NCBI GenBank assembly: GCA_963782715.1
Contig: CAWAKU010000016.1
Coordinates: forward strand, 391,425 to 455,424
Reading direction: 5' to 3'
Source: an uncultured Chloroflexia bacterium
GTDB lineage: Bacteria > Chloroflexota > Limnocylindria > Limnocylindrales > CSP1-4
Length of the DNA: 64,000 nucleotides
Shown: positions 28,938 to 38,942 of the stretch, one piece after another
Position numbering within the stretch: position 1 is the first letter of the stretch
How the letters are laid out: the number at the start of each line of letters is the position of its first letter
Notes under the pieces: model-generated
What the model saw: the letters and a program-made list of their open reading frames with translations, nothing else
The model's database searches: none
Told to the model about the DNA's origin: nothing
Made by a program: the position numbers and the translations under genes

Positions 28938-30644
28938 ATGACCCAGCCACGTTCCCGCGAAGACGTCATCCAACAGGACGTCGCGGATCTGCACAAGCTC
29001 GGCTACGCGCAGGAGCTGTTCCGGTCGATGGGCGGGTTCAGCAACTTCGCGATCAGCTTCAGCATCATCAGCATCCTGACCGGCGCAGTCATCCTGTACG
29101 ACTACGGCCTGGCCTGGGGCGGGACCGCCGCTGTCCTCATCGGCTGGCCGCTGGTGACGGTCTTCGTGCTCCTCATCGCCGCCTCGATGAGCGAGATCGC
29201 CTCGGCCTACCCGACGGCCGGTGGCCTGTACTACTGGGCCAGCCGGATGAAGAACAAGGAATGGGGCTGGTGGACCGCCTGGTTCAACCTCATCGGCCAG
29301 TTCGCCATCGTGGCCGGCATCAATTGGGCGGCCGCCAACTTCCTCAACGCGACCATCGTGACGCCGATCCTGGCCAACATGGGGATCGACTACGGCAACA
29401 CGACGACGATCCTCGCCGTCGGCGATTCGATCGTCCTGACCGGCGCCCTCGTGACCATGGGCATCCTGATGATCATCGAGCTGATCCTCAACATCGCCGG
29501 CATCCGGCTGGTGTCGGCGCTCAACCAGGTCAGCGTCTGGTGGCACATCGGCATCGTCGGCCTGGTGGTCCTGCTCGTGTTCATCGCCGGGAAGCCGGAT
29601 GTCTCGGGCTTGACGTTGTTCGCCATCCAACCGCAGGACGTCGCCGGGAGCTGGCAGAACGCGATCGGCGGCATCAAGGTCGACTACGGCGCGGCGATCA
29701 CCTACCCGATCGTCATCGCCTTCTTCTTCTCCCTCCTCCAGGCGAACTGGACCTATACCGGATATGACGCCTCGGCCCACGTCGCCGAAGAGACCGTCAG
29801 CGCCCGGATCGCCAGCGCGTGGGGTCTCTTCCTGTCGGTCGCCGTGTCGGCCGTGGTCGGGTTCATCTTCCTGGTCGCCCTGACGACGCACCTGCCGAAC
29901 CTGTCCACGCTCTTCCCGGCCACCCTCGAGACGCCGCTCCAGGCAGGAGCCAGCCAGTACTACTTCGGCGATGGCTACGCTGTCATCAGCATCCTCCAGT
30001 ACAACCTCGACTCGATCGTGATCCTCGGCTTCGGCGTCGGCGACCTGCTGCTGGCGGGGATCGCCATCGCGATGGCGTTCTGCGGCCTGTCGTCGGTCGC
30101 CTCCGCGGGACGGATGCTGTACGCGTTCAGCCGCGATGACGGGATCCCCGGATCGGGCTGGCTCAAGAAGGTCTCGCATCGATACCGGACTCCGGCCAAT
30201 TCCCTGACCGCGATGGTCATCGTGGCCTGGGTGTTCTCCGTCGCCGCGTTCGTCGTCGGGACCGGTGTCGCGGTCGTGATCATCACCGCGGTCAGCACGA
30301 TCTTCCTGTACGCGGCCTACGGCATCTGCATCTACCTCGGGGCCACGACCGAGCCGTGGCTCAAGGAACGGGTCTGGAGTCTCGGCCGCTGGTCGAAGCC
30401 CGTCGCCTGGATCGCGATCTTCTGGGTCATCGTCCTGATGATCCTGTTCAGCTGGCCGACGTCGGGCAACATCAGCCTGCCGTTCATGGTCATCATCGTG
30501 TTGTTCCTGCTGATCTATTACTTCGCCTTTGCGAGGCGCAACTTCAAGGGACCGCGGTCGATGGGCGACGCGGCCGAACTGACCGAGATCGAGCGCGAGT
30601 TCTCGCACGCCGCCGAGGAGATCGGCGGGGGCACGACCGCCTGA
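28938..30644 (+). CDS. APC-superfamily amino acid/amine permease
   Basis: 568 aa and 12-13 TM. N-terminal FSNFAISFSIISILTGA and other conserved APC transporter features. Confidence 0.85.
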   Translation: MTQPRSREDVIQQDVADLHKLGYAQELFRSMGGFSNFAISFSIISILTGAVILYDYGLAWGGTAAVLIGWPLVTVFVLLIAASMSEIASAYPTAGGLYYWASRMKNKEWGWWTAWFNLIGQFAIVAGINWAAANFLNATIVTPILANMGIDYGNTTTILAVGDSIVLTGALVTMGILMIIELILNIAGIRLVSALNQVSVWWHIGIVGLVVLLVFIAGKPDVSGLTLFAIQPQDVAGSWQNAIGGIKVDYGAAITYPIVIAFFFSLLQANWTYTGYDASAHVAEETVSARIASAWGLFLSVAVSAVVGFIFLVALTTHLPNLSTLFPATLETPLQAGASQYYFGDGYAVISILQYNLDSIVILGFGVGDLLLAGIAIAMAFCGLSSVASAGRMLYAFSRDDGIPGSGWLKKVSHRYRTPANSLTAMVIVAWVFSVAAFVVGTGVAVVIITAVSTIFLYAAYGICIYLGATTEPWLKERVWSLGRWSKPVAWIAIFWVIVLMILFSWPTSGNISLPFMVIIVLFLLIYYFAFARRNFKGPRSMGDAAELTEIEREFSHAAEEIGGGTTA

Positions 30645-30658
30645 TCGAGACGCTACCG

Positions 30659-30695
30659 TCAGGGGGCCGGCGAGACGACACCGAGCCGGCCCCTT
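30659..30695 (+). terminator. Hairpin downstream of the permease gene
   Basis: GGGGCCGGC-13 nt-GCCGGCCCC stem followed by TTGACC. Confidence 0.35.
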
Positions 30696-30731
30696 GACCG
30701 TCATCCGCCGTATCGCACCGGAGACCCGAGC

Positions 30732-32141
30732 ATGAGCGACCACGACCAGGGCCACCACGCCGCCAAGCATCCCCGCCTCATCGAGCTCGAGGAACGGGTG
30801 CGCGACGGACAGATCGACACCCTGGTCATCGCCATCACCGACATGCAGGGCCGGCTGATGGGCAAGCGCGTCCAGGGCCAGGCCTTCCTCGACGGCGTCG
30901 TGTCCCACGGCGCCCATTTCTGCACGTACCTGCTCGGCACGGACATGGAGATGAACACGCCCGAGGGCTTCCGGCTGATGAACTGGGAGACCGGCTACGG
31001 CGACTGGATCGCCGAGCCGGTCTGGGACCAGCTGCGGATCCTGCCCTGGCTGCCGGGCACGGCCATGGTCCTCGCCGACGCAGTGGACGAGGAGACCGGT
31101 CTCGAGATCCCGATCGCGCCGCGGACCATCCTCAAGCGCCAGGTCGAGCGGGCGGCAGCCGCCGGCTACGCGTTGAAAGCCGGGTCGGAGTTCGAGTTCT
31201 ACGTGCTCAAGGACTCGTGGGAGGAGCTGGCCGAGCGCGGCTGGCCGGTCCCGCGACCGTTCGGGCACTACAACGAGGATTACCACCTGCTCCAGGCGAC
31301 CAAGGCGGAGCCGCTTCATCGACTCCTGCGCAACCAGATGACCGCCGCCGACGTGCCCATCGAGTTCAGCAAGGGCGAGGCGGCCAACGGCCAGCACGAA
31401 GTCAACATCCGCTACGACCACGTCCTCACCTCGGCCGACCGAAGCGTCGTGTTCAAGCACGGCGCCAAGGAGATCGCCTACCTCAACGGCTGGGGCATCA
31501 CGTTCATGGCCAAGCCCGATCATCACTGGACGGGGTCGTCCGGGCACCTCCACATGAGCCTGTGGGACGTCGCCAAGGACATCCCGTTGATGCACGCGGC
31601 CAAAGGCGAACCGGAGGGTCCGTACGGGCTCTCGCCGGTCGGCCAGCACTTCGTCGCCGGCATGATGAAGCTGTCACGCGAGCTTGCCGTGTTCATCGCC
31701 CCGTTCATCAATTCGTACAAGCGCTACGCCTCCCTGTCGTGGGCGCCGGTGAACGTCGTCTGGGGGCGGGACAACCGCACGACCGGTTTCCGACTGGTCG
31801 GGCGCGGGCCGGCCCTCCATGTCGAGGACCGCTTCCCGGGCGGCGACATGAACGCCTACCTGACCTACGCGGCGATGATGGGCGCCGGCCTCTACGGCAT
31901 CGAACACGAGCTGCCGCTCGATCCCGAGTTCAAGGGCAACGGCTACCTGGCCAAGGGCGTCGAGCGGATGCCGCGGGCGCTGTACGAGGCCATCTGGGAG
32001 CTGGAACGGTCCGAGGCCGCGGTCGAGATCTTCGGCCAGGATGTCGTCGACCACTACCTGAACGCGGCCCGGGTCGAGCAGGACGCCTACGATTCGATCG
32101 TCCATCCGTGGGACCGGGAGCGCTACCTCGAACGCGGCTAG
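30732..32141 (+). CDS. Glutamine-synthetase-family gamma-glutamyl ligase (GlnA3/PuuA/GmaS-like)
   Basis: 469 aa. GS beta-grasp N-domain and catalytic domain with GSSGHLHMSLW, EFEFYVL, NGQHEVNIRY and RFPGGDMNAYL motifs. Confidence 0.85.
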   Translation: MSDHDQGHHAAKHPRLIELEERVRDGQIDTLVIAITDMQGRLMGKRVQGQAFLDGVVSHGAHFCTYLLGTDMEMNTPEGFRLMNWETGYGDWIAEPVWDQLRILPWLPGTAMVLADAVDEETGLEIPIAPRTILKRQVERAAAAGYALKAGSEFEFYVLKDSWEELAERGWPVPRPFGHYNEDYHLLQATKAEPLHRLLRNQMTAADVPIEFSKGEAANGQHEVNIRYDHVLTSADRSVVFKHGAKEIAYLNGWGITFMAKPDHHWTGSSGHLHMSLWDVAKDIPLMHAAKGEPEGPYGLSPVGQHFVAGMMKLSRELAVFIAPFINSYKRYASLSWAPVNVVWGRDNRTTGFRLVGRGPALHVEDRFPGGDMNAYLTYAAMMGAGLYGIEHELPLDPEFKGNGYLAKGVERMPRALYEAIWELERSEAAVEIFGQDVVDHYLNAARVEQDAYDSIVHPWDRERYLERG

Positions 32142-32252
32142 GCACTGTCGCGAACGGGATGGGCCAGGTCACGTTTGCCTGAACCCGCGATACCCTGGTG
32201 GCAATGCCCTTCACATCATGAAGCCGATGACCCCCTCGCCTGAGCGAGCTCC

Positions 32253-33821
32253 ATGAACGGGCTTTGGCGAGGGCGCACGGGAGCCGCCCTCGCCAGGGGG
32301 TCTCGCGCTACCTCATCGCGGCTCGCCTGCCTCGCCCTCGCCGCCGTCGTGTTGCTGTTGCCGCTGCGGAACACGACGCCGCACTTCTATCACGGGCTGT
32401 CGGTGGCCCAGGTCATGGTCGTGGCCTTCGTCGGCATGGCCGCCGGCTGGGTCGCCCTCGACCGACTCGCGGCCCATCGCACGGCGATCGCACGGACCGC
32501 GCTCATCGCGTTGTGGATCGCGGCCGCGGCCGCGTATGTGGTGTTCGTCTCACGCTCACCGAACCCTGGCGGGAGGGCCCTTGTCGTGACGACCCTCGGC
32601 CTGGCGATCGCGATGGGTGGGCTCATCCGTGGCACGACCGACGGTCGCAGGAGCATGGCGGCGCTGGTGGCGATCGCCACCGCGACATCGTGGATGACGT
32701 ACGACCTCGGCCGGCTTCCATTGCGGCCGCTGCGCGACGTCGACCTCTATCTCAAAGCTGGCGCCGCCGCACTCCGTGGCGCATCGCCCTATATCACGGC
32801 GCCGATCACCTCCGGGGCAAGCACATCGGACCTGCCGTTCGTCTATCCGCCGTTCACGATCCCATTGTTCGAGGTCCTCGCGAGCATGGCGAGGCCCCTT
32901 GCGGTCGGCCTATGGGAGGCGGCTTCGATCGCGGCGGTGGTCACGGCATTGTGGTTGCTCGGCGTCCGCGGCCGATGGCTCCTCGTCCTCCTCGCGTGGC
33001 CGACGCTGAGTGTCGGCATCGCGGTCGGCAATGTTGCGTCGTTCACGTTCCTGCTCTTCGTCGTCGGGTTCCGCATCGGGGCGGCGCTCGTGCTGAGTGG
33101 CGCATTCAAGCTCCAATCGATCATCCCGTCCCTGTGGCTGGTGATCGAACGGCGCTGGCGCGAACTCGCGGTCGGGGTCGGGATCGTCGCCGTTGTGGCG
33201 CTCGTCTCGGTGCCGATCGTGGGGGTCCAGACGTGGCTCGATTGGCCGACAGGTCTCCGGGCGTTCCAGGACAGTTTCGTGAGCTTTCCGAGCCTCCAGG
33301 GAGCATCCCTCGTGCGCTGGCACGGGCCGGCGATCGCCCTGGGGATGACCGTCCTCGCGCTCGGGTTCGCGTTCCTCCGCCGGGGTCGAAACTCGCTGGC
33401 CCGGTTCGGTCTCGCCTCCGTCGTCAGCTCCCCGACCCTGTATGTCCATGGGCTCTCACCGCTCCTGGCCGGCGCCCTCACCCTCGGGCCGGAGATGTTG
33501 TGGTTCTTCCTCGCCTTCGGCCCATGGCCGTTTCTCTTCGACTTGCGGTCGGCCTGGGTCGCGATGGCGATCGTCGGCATCGCGCTCCACATCTCACGAG
33601 GCGACGACCTTGGCGTGCAGGGCGACCTGACAGCGTCCCGTGCCGATCTGCATCCGATCGCCCGCTCGGTCCAGGTCTGGCCCGATCGATCGGGTGGCGC
33701 ATCGATCGAACCTGCAGGACACCCTGTCCCTCTCGGCTCCGGTCTCGACGATGCCGGCCCGTCAGGTGGGTCGCTGCTCCGCGACCTGCCGGATCCGGCG
33801 GGCGATGTCGACGTGGCCTGA
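32253..33821 (+). CDS. Polytopic membrane protein, DUF2029/GT87-like (putative polyprenol-P-sugar-dependent glycosyltransferase). The C-terminal end is uncertain
   Basis: More than 10 TM helices with a DLYLKAGAAALRGASPY loop motif. The 3' end overlaps the convergent ankyrin gene. Confidence 0.5.
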   Translation: MNGLWRGRTGAALARGSRATSSRLACLALAAVVLLLPLRNTTPHFYHGLSVAQVMVVAFVGMAAGWVALDRLAAHRTAIARTALIALWIAAAAAYVVFVSRSPNPGGRALVVTTLGLAIAMGGLIRGTTDGRRSMAALVAIATATSWMTYDLGRLPLRPLRDVDLYLKAGAAALRGASPYITAPITSGASTSDLPFVYPPFTIPLFEVLASMARPLAVGLWEAASIAAVVTALWLLGVRGRWLLVLLAWPTLSVGIAVGNVASFTFLLFVVGFRIGAALVLSGAFKLQSIIPSLWLVIERRWRELAVGVGIVAVVALVSVPIVGVQTWLDWPTGLRAFQDSFVSFPSLQGASLVRWHGPAIALGMTVLALGFAFLRRGRNSLARFGLASVVSSPTLYVHGLSPLLAGALTLGPEMLWFFLAFGPWPFLFDLRSAWVAMAIVGIALHISRGDDLGVQGDLTASRADLHPIARSVQVWPDRSGGASIEPAGHPVPLGSGLDDAGPSGGSLLRDLPDPAGDVDVA

Positions 33822-34472
33822 CGCCTCGGCCGTCTCGGCAGGCGTGTCGCCTGCGTCCGTCCGGGCCGTCGGATCTGCGCCGGCGGACAGCATCAGCTCG
33901 ACCAGCTCGTCGTCGCCGTGCTGGGCGGCCGCGTGGAGCGGCGTCAACCCGTCCCGCTGGGTGGCGTTGACATCCGCACCTGACGCGATGAGCACCCGGC
34001 AGACCTCGATGTGGCGCCCGGACGCCGCGCTGTGGAGCGGCTGGACCTGCATCTCGTTGGTCGAGTAGGCGTTGACCTCGGCGCCCGCCTCGACGAGCGT
34101 CCGGGCGGCTTCCGGCTTGCCGAAGAACCCGGCGAAGTGGAGGGCGGTGAAACCGTCGGCCGAGAAGGCCCGTGACCGCCAGTGGTCCTCGTCGAGCCGC
34201 TCGCGCAGCCGGTCGATGTAGCCGAGCGCGGTCGCCTCGAAGACGTCCAGGTCGGGGTCGACCGCCAGCAGCGCATCGGTCGTGCCACGGTCGAACCGGT
34301 AGCGCGACAGCATGATCGCCGACACCCCCGCCCGGTCACGCGACGCGGCGAGCGATGGGTCCCCGCGGACGAGCTCGGCGACGCGCGCGGCGTCGTCGGC
34401 GTTGACCGCATCGATGAGGTCCTGCCCGGGTCCCGCCATCAGCTCGCTCCTCTCGATCGTCGGTCGTGACAT
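33762..34472 (-). CDS. Ankyrin-repeat protein
   Basis: 236 aa with 4-5 ANK repeats (GFTALHFAGFFGKPEAARTLVEAGAEVNA, PLHSAASGRHIEVCRVLIASGADVNA, GLTPLHAAAQHGDDELVELMLSAGADP). Confidence 0.8.
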   Translation of the reverse strand: MSRPTIERSELMAGPGQDLIDAVNADDAARVAELVRGDPSLAASRDRAGVSAIMLSRYRFDRGTTDALLAVDPDLDVFEATALGYIDRLRERLDEDHWRSRAFSADGFTALHFAGFFGKPEAARTLVEAGAEVNAYSTNEMQVQPLHSAASGRHIEVCRVLIASGADVNATQRDGLTPLHAAAQHGDDELVELMLSAGADPTARTDAGDTPAETAEASGHVDIARRIRQVAEQRPT

Positions 34473-34538
34473 CGTGCCACGCGCGCGGTCGGACCGGGCG
34501 CTACTCTGACGCCGACGCACGCGCGAAGAGGGAGTGGG

Positions 34539-35307
34539 ATGCGACTCGAGGACAAGGTTTCGATCATCACCGGCGGCGGTGGCGGGATGGGCCGGGTGGC
34601 CGCCCTGATGTTCGCCGCCCAGGGCGCCAAGGTCGTCGTCGCCGAGTACAGCGAGGCGGCCGGGATGGAGACCGTCGATCTCGTGCACGCTGCCGGCGGG
34701 ACGGCGACGTTCGTCAAGGCGGACGTCTCGAAGGAGGCCGACGCGAAGGCCATGGTGGACCACGCGGTCGCCACCTACGGCCGGCTCGACTGCCTGTACA
34801 ACAACGCCGGGATCATGCCCGAGGCGGACCATTCGGTGACCGACACGGATGTCGACACCTGGGACGCCGTCATGGCGGTCAACGTGCGCGGCGTCTTCCT
34901 CGGCTGCAAGTACGCCATCCCGGCGATGGTCGATGGCGGCGGCGGGTCGATCATCAACATCGCCAGCTTCGTGGCCATCCTCGGCTGCAGCGTCCCGCAG
35001 GATGCCTACACCGCGTCGAAGGGCGCCAGTGCTGTCGCTGACCCGCAGCCTCGCCGTCCAGTTCGGGCCGAAGGGCGTCCGGACCAACGCGATCTGCCCC
35101 GGGCCGGTCGAGACGCCGCTGCTCATGGACTGGCTGGTCAAGGACGAGGCGGCCAAGCAGCTCCGGCTCGCGCGGAACCCGAGCGGTCGCTTCGGCAAGC
35201 CCGAGGAGATCGTCCACATGGCCGTCTACCTCGCCTCGGACGAGTCGCGCTGGACGAACGGCGCCTCGCTGGTGGTCGATGGCGGCATCACCGTGAACTA
35301 CTTCTGA
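34539..35307 (+). pseudogene. Short-chain dehydrogenase/reductase (SDR) interrupted by a 1-nt insertion at about 35028
   Basis: N-terminal part (TGGGGGMGRV NAD site, NNAG, YTASK catalytic YxxxK) is in frame 34539. The C-terminal part (VLSLTRSLAVQFGPKGVRTNAICPGPVETPLL...LVVDGGITVNYF) is in ORF 34849..35307. Removing A35028 restores the reading frame. Confidence 0.7.
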
Positions 35308-36128
35308 TGGCCGAGGACACCGCCGAGGTGGCAACCGGACGGATCGCCATCGGCGTCGACGTCGGTGGCAGCGGGATCAAGGCCGCGGTCGTCGATGTCG
35401 AGTCGGGACGGTTCCGCTCCGAACGCATCCGGGTCGCAACGCCGACTCCGTCGACGCCGGACGCGGTGCTCGCCTCGGTCGCGCGGCTGGTCCGGCGGCT
35501 CGCCAAGGCGGGCGGCCTGGGCGACACGACGCCGGTCGGCATCGGCCTGCCCGGGGTGACCATCGGCGGACGCCTCATCACCGCGGCCAACATCGACCCA
35601 TCATGGGTCGACTTCCCGGTCGTCGAGCGGATGGGCCGGCTGCTCAAGCGTCCGGTCTCGATCATCAACGACGCGGATGCGGCCGGCATCGCCGAGATGC
35701 GTTTCGGGGTCGGCGTGGACAAGCCCGGCGTCGTCATCTTCCTGACCCTGGGCACCGGTGTCGGATCGGGCGTGTTCACCGACGGCGTGCTCGTCCCGAA
35801 CACCGAATTCGGCCAGATGGAGATCCGCGGCCGCGCCGCCGAGAAGCGCTCGGCCGCCGCTGCCCGGGTCAAGCGCGGCCTGTCGTGGAAGGCCTGGACG
35901 GCCGACCTCGACGAGCACCTCGACCGGATCCATCAGCTGATGTGGCCGGACCTCATGATCCTCGGCGGCGGCGTCAGCAAGAATGCCGACCGGTTCATCC
36001 CGCGCCTGACCGTGCGCTGCCCCGTCGTGCCGGCACTCCTGCGCAACGACGCGGGGATCATCGGCGCGGCGATCGTCGCGGCCGAGGCCCCGCTGCCCGA
36101 TCCCGAGGCGCCCGTTCCGACCGCCTGA
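35307..36128 (+). CDS. ppgK: Polyphosphate glucokinase (ROK family)
   Basis: 273 aa from MAEDTAEV. IGVDVGGSGIKAAVVD, ROK motifs and the GGGVS glucokinase signature. The ATG overlaps the SDR stop. Confidence 0.85.
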   Translation: MAEDTAEVATGRIAIGVDVGGSGIKAAVVDVESGRFRSERIRVATPTPSTPDAVLASVARLVRRLAKAGGLGDTTPVGIGLPGVTIGGRLITAANIDPSWVDFPVVERMGRLLKRPVSIINDADAAGIAEMRFGVGVDKPGVVIFLTLGTGVGSGVFTDGVLVPNTEFGQMEIRGRAAEKRSAAAARVKRGLSWKAWTADLDEHLDRIHQLMWPDLMILGGGVSKNADRFIPRLTVRCPVVPALLRNDAGIIGAAIVAAEAPLPDPEAPVPTA

Positions 36129-36140
36129 GGCAGACCGGGG

Positions 36141-37142
36141 TCAGGCCTGCTCGCGCAGCTCGCGCAGGATGTCCGCCGAGCCCGACACGATGACCTCGTC
36201 GCCCGCCTTGAGGAACCGGTCGGCGGGCGGGTTGGGCGCGTAGTCGCGGGTCCCGAGCACGATCGCGAGCACGAAGATGCCGCGGTCACGCAGGCCGCCG
36301 ACCGTCTGGCCCATGAGCGAGCCTGACGGCCGGACGGTGATCGCCTCGATGGCGAAGGCAGGTTCGCCGTGCGACAGCGCGAAGTCGATGAAGTCGGCGA
36401 CGCCGGGCCGGACCGCGAGCTCGGCGATCTGGCGGCCGGCCCGGGTGTAGGGCGACACGACCCGGTCGGCGCCGGCCTGCAGGAGCTTGGCGTCCGATCC
36501 CTCCTGGTTCGCCCGGGCGACCACGAACAGGCCCGGGTTGAGCGATCGCGCGGACAGCGTCACGTAGACGTTGTTCGCGTCGGAATCGATGGTCGTGATC
36601 AGGCCGCGGGCCCGGTCGACACCGGCCTCGTGCAGGACGGCGTCCGTGGTCGCGTCGCCGCCGACGACGAGGTGGCCGTCGGTGCGCGCAGCGTCCAGCG
36701 AGACCGGATTGATGTCCACGACGACGAAGCGCTCGCCGACGTGGGCGAGCTCGCGGGCCACGGTCGAGCCGACCCGGCCGTAGCCGCACAGGATGAGGTG
36801 GCCGCGCAGGGTCGAGATCGTGTCGCTCATCCGCTTCGCCTCCCGTCGTCCGCTGACCGCATCCGACAGCACCGCCTCCGCGACGATCCCGACGGAGCCG
36901 AAGATGATGCCGACCCCGGCGACCGCCACGATGACCGTCCACGCCCGTCCGAGTCCATCGAGTTCGCGGACCTCCTTGTAGCCGACGGTCGTCAGGGTGA
37001 TGCCGGTCATGTAGGCCGCGTCGCTGAGCGACCAGCCCATCACCAGGTAGCCGGCCGTGCCGATGGCCGCGATGGCCAGCACGACCGCCAGCCAGATCCG
37101 GACATGGGACCCGCGGAACGCCTGGACAACGGCCGTCGCCAT
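36141..37142 (-). CDS. Two-TM potassium-channel-family protein with RCK (TrkA-N/TrkA-C) domains and an atypical TVGYK pore sequence
   Basis: 333 aa from MATAVVQAF. M1-P-M2 architecture with pore loop YMTGITLTTVGYKEV, then GYGRVGSTVARELA Rossmann (TrkA-N) and TrkA-C. Confidence 0.8.
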   Translation of the reverse strand: MATAVVQAFRGSHVRIWLAVVLAIAAIGTAGYLVMGWSLSDAAYMTGITLTTVGYKEVRELDGLGRAWTVIVAVAGVGIIFGSVGIVAEAVLSDAVSGRREAKRMSDTISTLRGHLILCGYGRVGSTVARELAHVGERFVVVDINPVSLDAARTDGHLVVGGDATTDAVLHEAGVDRARGLITTIDSDANNVYVTLSARSLNPGLFVVARANQEGSDAKLLQAGADRVVSPYTRAGRQIAELAVRPGVADFIDFALSHGEPAFAIEAITVRPSGSLMGQTVGGLRDRGIFVLAIVLGTRDYAPNPPADRFLKAGDEVIVSGSADILRELREQA

Positions 37143-37263
37143 GTGCCGATCGTAGCGGCGCGGAGGGTATCTCCGGAGGGCCGTCCGGCCCGTTCGCAAC
37201 CCGGCCGGGCGTATCATCGAAGCCAGATCAGCCCACGATCACACCACCCGAGAGGCTCCTTCC

Positions 37264-38736
37264 ATGACGACCGAGACACGCGCCGGAGTGCGCGCCACGC
37301 AGATGGTCATCGGCGGCCAGTCCGTCGATGCGGCCGACGGGCAGACGTTCGACGTGGTCGACCCGGCCGACGGCACGGTCATCGCCACGGTCCCGCTGGG
37401 CGGCCGCGAAGACGTGGACCGGGCGGTGGCCGCGGCACAGGCCGCGTTCGAGGATCGCAAGGGCTGGGCGACCTGGGCCGCCGGCAAGCGCGGACGCTCG
37501 CTGGCCAAGCTCGCGGCGCTCATCAAGGAGCACACCGAGGAGCTCGCCCAGCTCGAGAGCCGCAACGTCGGCAAGCCGATCTCCGGCGCGCGCGGCGAGA
37601 TCACCGGCGTCAGCCTCGTCTTCGACTACTACGCCGGGGCGGCCAACAAGCTGTTCGGGCAGACGATCCCGGTCTCCAAGCCGGGGCTGGACCTGACCCT
37701 GCGCGAACCGATCGGCGTGGTCGGGCTCATCGTGCCCTGGAACTTCCCGCTGCTGATGGCCTCCTGGAAGGTGGCCCCGGCGCTGGCCGCCGGGAATACC
37801 GCGATCCTGAAGCCCGCCAGCTACTCCCCGTTGACGGCGATCCGGCTCGGCGAGCTCGCGCTGGAGGCCGGCATCCCGGCCGGGGTCCTCAACATCGTGA
37901 CCGGGCCGGGCGGCTCGGCCGGCGCGTCCATCGCGGCCCACCCGGGCATCGGCAAGGTCGCCTTCACCGGCGAGACCACGACCGGACAGGAGATCATGCG
38001 GCTGGCCGCCGGCAACGTGAAGAAGATCTCGCTCGAGCTCGGCGGCAAGAGCCCGAACATCGTGTTCGCCGACGCGGACCTCGAGAAGTTCGCCCGCGAA
38101 TCGCCGTACTCGGTGTTCGACAACACGGGCCAGGACTGCTGCGCGCGGTCGCGCATCCTGGTCGAGCGGAGCGCCCACGACCGGGTCGTCGAGCTGTTCG
38201 CCGAGGCGACCCGCAAGGTCGTCGTCGGGCCGCCGTCGGAGGACGCGACAGAGGTCGGCACGCTGGTCAGCTTCAAGCAGCGTGACCGCGTTCGCGACTA
38301 CATCGAGATCGGCCTGGGCGAGGGCGCGACCATCGTCGTCGGCGGCGAGCCGCCCGAGGATCCCGCCCTGGCCAACGGTGCCTACCTGATGCCGACGGTC
38401 TTCGATGGCGTCTCGAACGACATGCGCATCGCGCGCGAGGAGATCTTCGGCCCGGTGGTGTCGATCATCGCCTTCGACACCGAGGAGGAGGCGCTCCGGC
38501 TCGCCAACGCGACGCCGTACGGGCTGTCCGGCTCGATCTGGAGCCGCGACATCGGCAAGGCACTGCGCGCTGCCAAGGCGCTCCAGGCCGGCGTCATCAG
38601 CGTCAACTCGAACTCGTCGGTCCACACCGAGGCGCCGTTCGGCGGCTACAAGATGTCCGGCATCGGGCGCGAGCTCGGGATGTCGGCGCTCGAGCTCTAT
38701 ACCGAGACGAAGAACGTCTTCATCGACTTGACCTAG
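37264..38736 (+). CDS. NAD(P)+-dependent aldehyde dehydrogenase
   Basis: 490 aa. ALDH Cys-site GQDCCARSRILVE and Glu-site ELGGKSPNIVF. GWATWAAGKRGR N-terminal region. Confidence 0.9.
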   Translation: MTTETRAGVRATQMVIGGQSVDAADGQTFDVVDPADGTVIATVPLGGREDVDRAVAAAQAAFEDRKGWATWAAGKRGRSLAKLAALIKEHTEELAQLESRNVGKPISGARGEITGVSLVFDYYAGAANKLFGQTIPVSKPGLDLTLREPIGVVGLIVPWNFPLLMASWKVAPALAAGNTAILKPASYSPLTAIRLGELALEAGIPAGVLNIVTGPGGSAGASIAAHPGIGKVAFTGETTTGQEIMRLAAGNVKKISLELGGKSPNIVFADADLEKFARESPYSVFDNTGQDCCARSRILVERSAHDRVVELFAEATRKVVVGPPSEDATEVGTLVSFKQRDRVRDYIEIGLGEGATIVVGGEPPEDPALANGAYLMPTVFDGVSNDMRIAREEIFGPVVSIIAFDTEEEALRLANATPYGLSGSIWSRDIGKALRAAKALQAGVISVNSNSSVHTEAPFGGYKMSGIGRELGMSALELYTETKNVFIDLT

Positions 38737-38942
38737 GCGCGATCAGAGCGGCCCCGCCGGAACCGGTTTCTGACAAAGGCACATCACGCGAGCGTTGGTC
38801 AGCGATTCGGTGACAGACGCACGCTCCGTGAGCCGTTGACACGATCTTGGCGCCTGTGAGGGGTTCGCCCACGCTCGGCCGTCCGGGCCACGACTGACGA
38901 GCGCTCGCGTGGCGAGCATCTGTCACGACTCGCGCCGATGCC

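Noticed and set aside
32264-33970. 568-aa ORF overlapping the membrane-protein gene in the +1 frame
   Set aside because: Arg-rich nonsense translation. The alternative frame (32253..33821) encodes a coherent polytopic membrane protein.
34466-36128. Apparent 529-aa SDR-PpgK fusion ORF
   Set aside because: The SDR C-terminus is in another frame because of a 1-nt insertion, and ppgK has its own ATG at 35307 overlapping the SDR stop. It is not a fusion protein.
38737-38942. Relatively AT-rich 200-nt spacer after the aldehyde dehydrogenase, with CCGGAACCGG followed by TTTCT and a TTGACA hexamer
   Set aside because: The stem is too short for a confident terminator and no matching -10 hexamer was found for a promoter. 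It is left unannotated.
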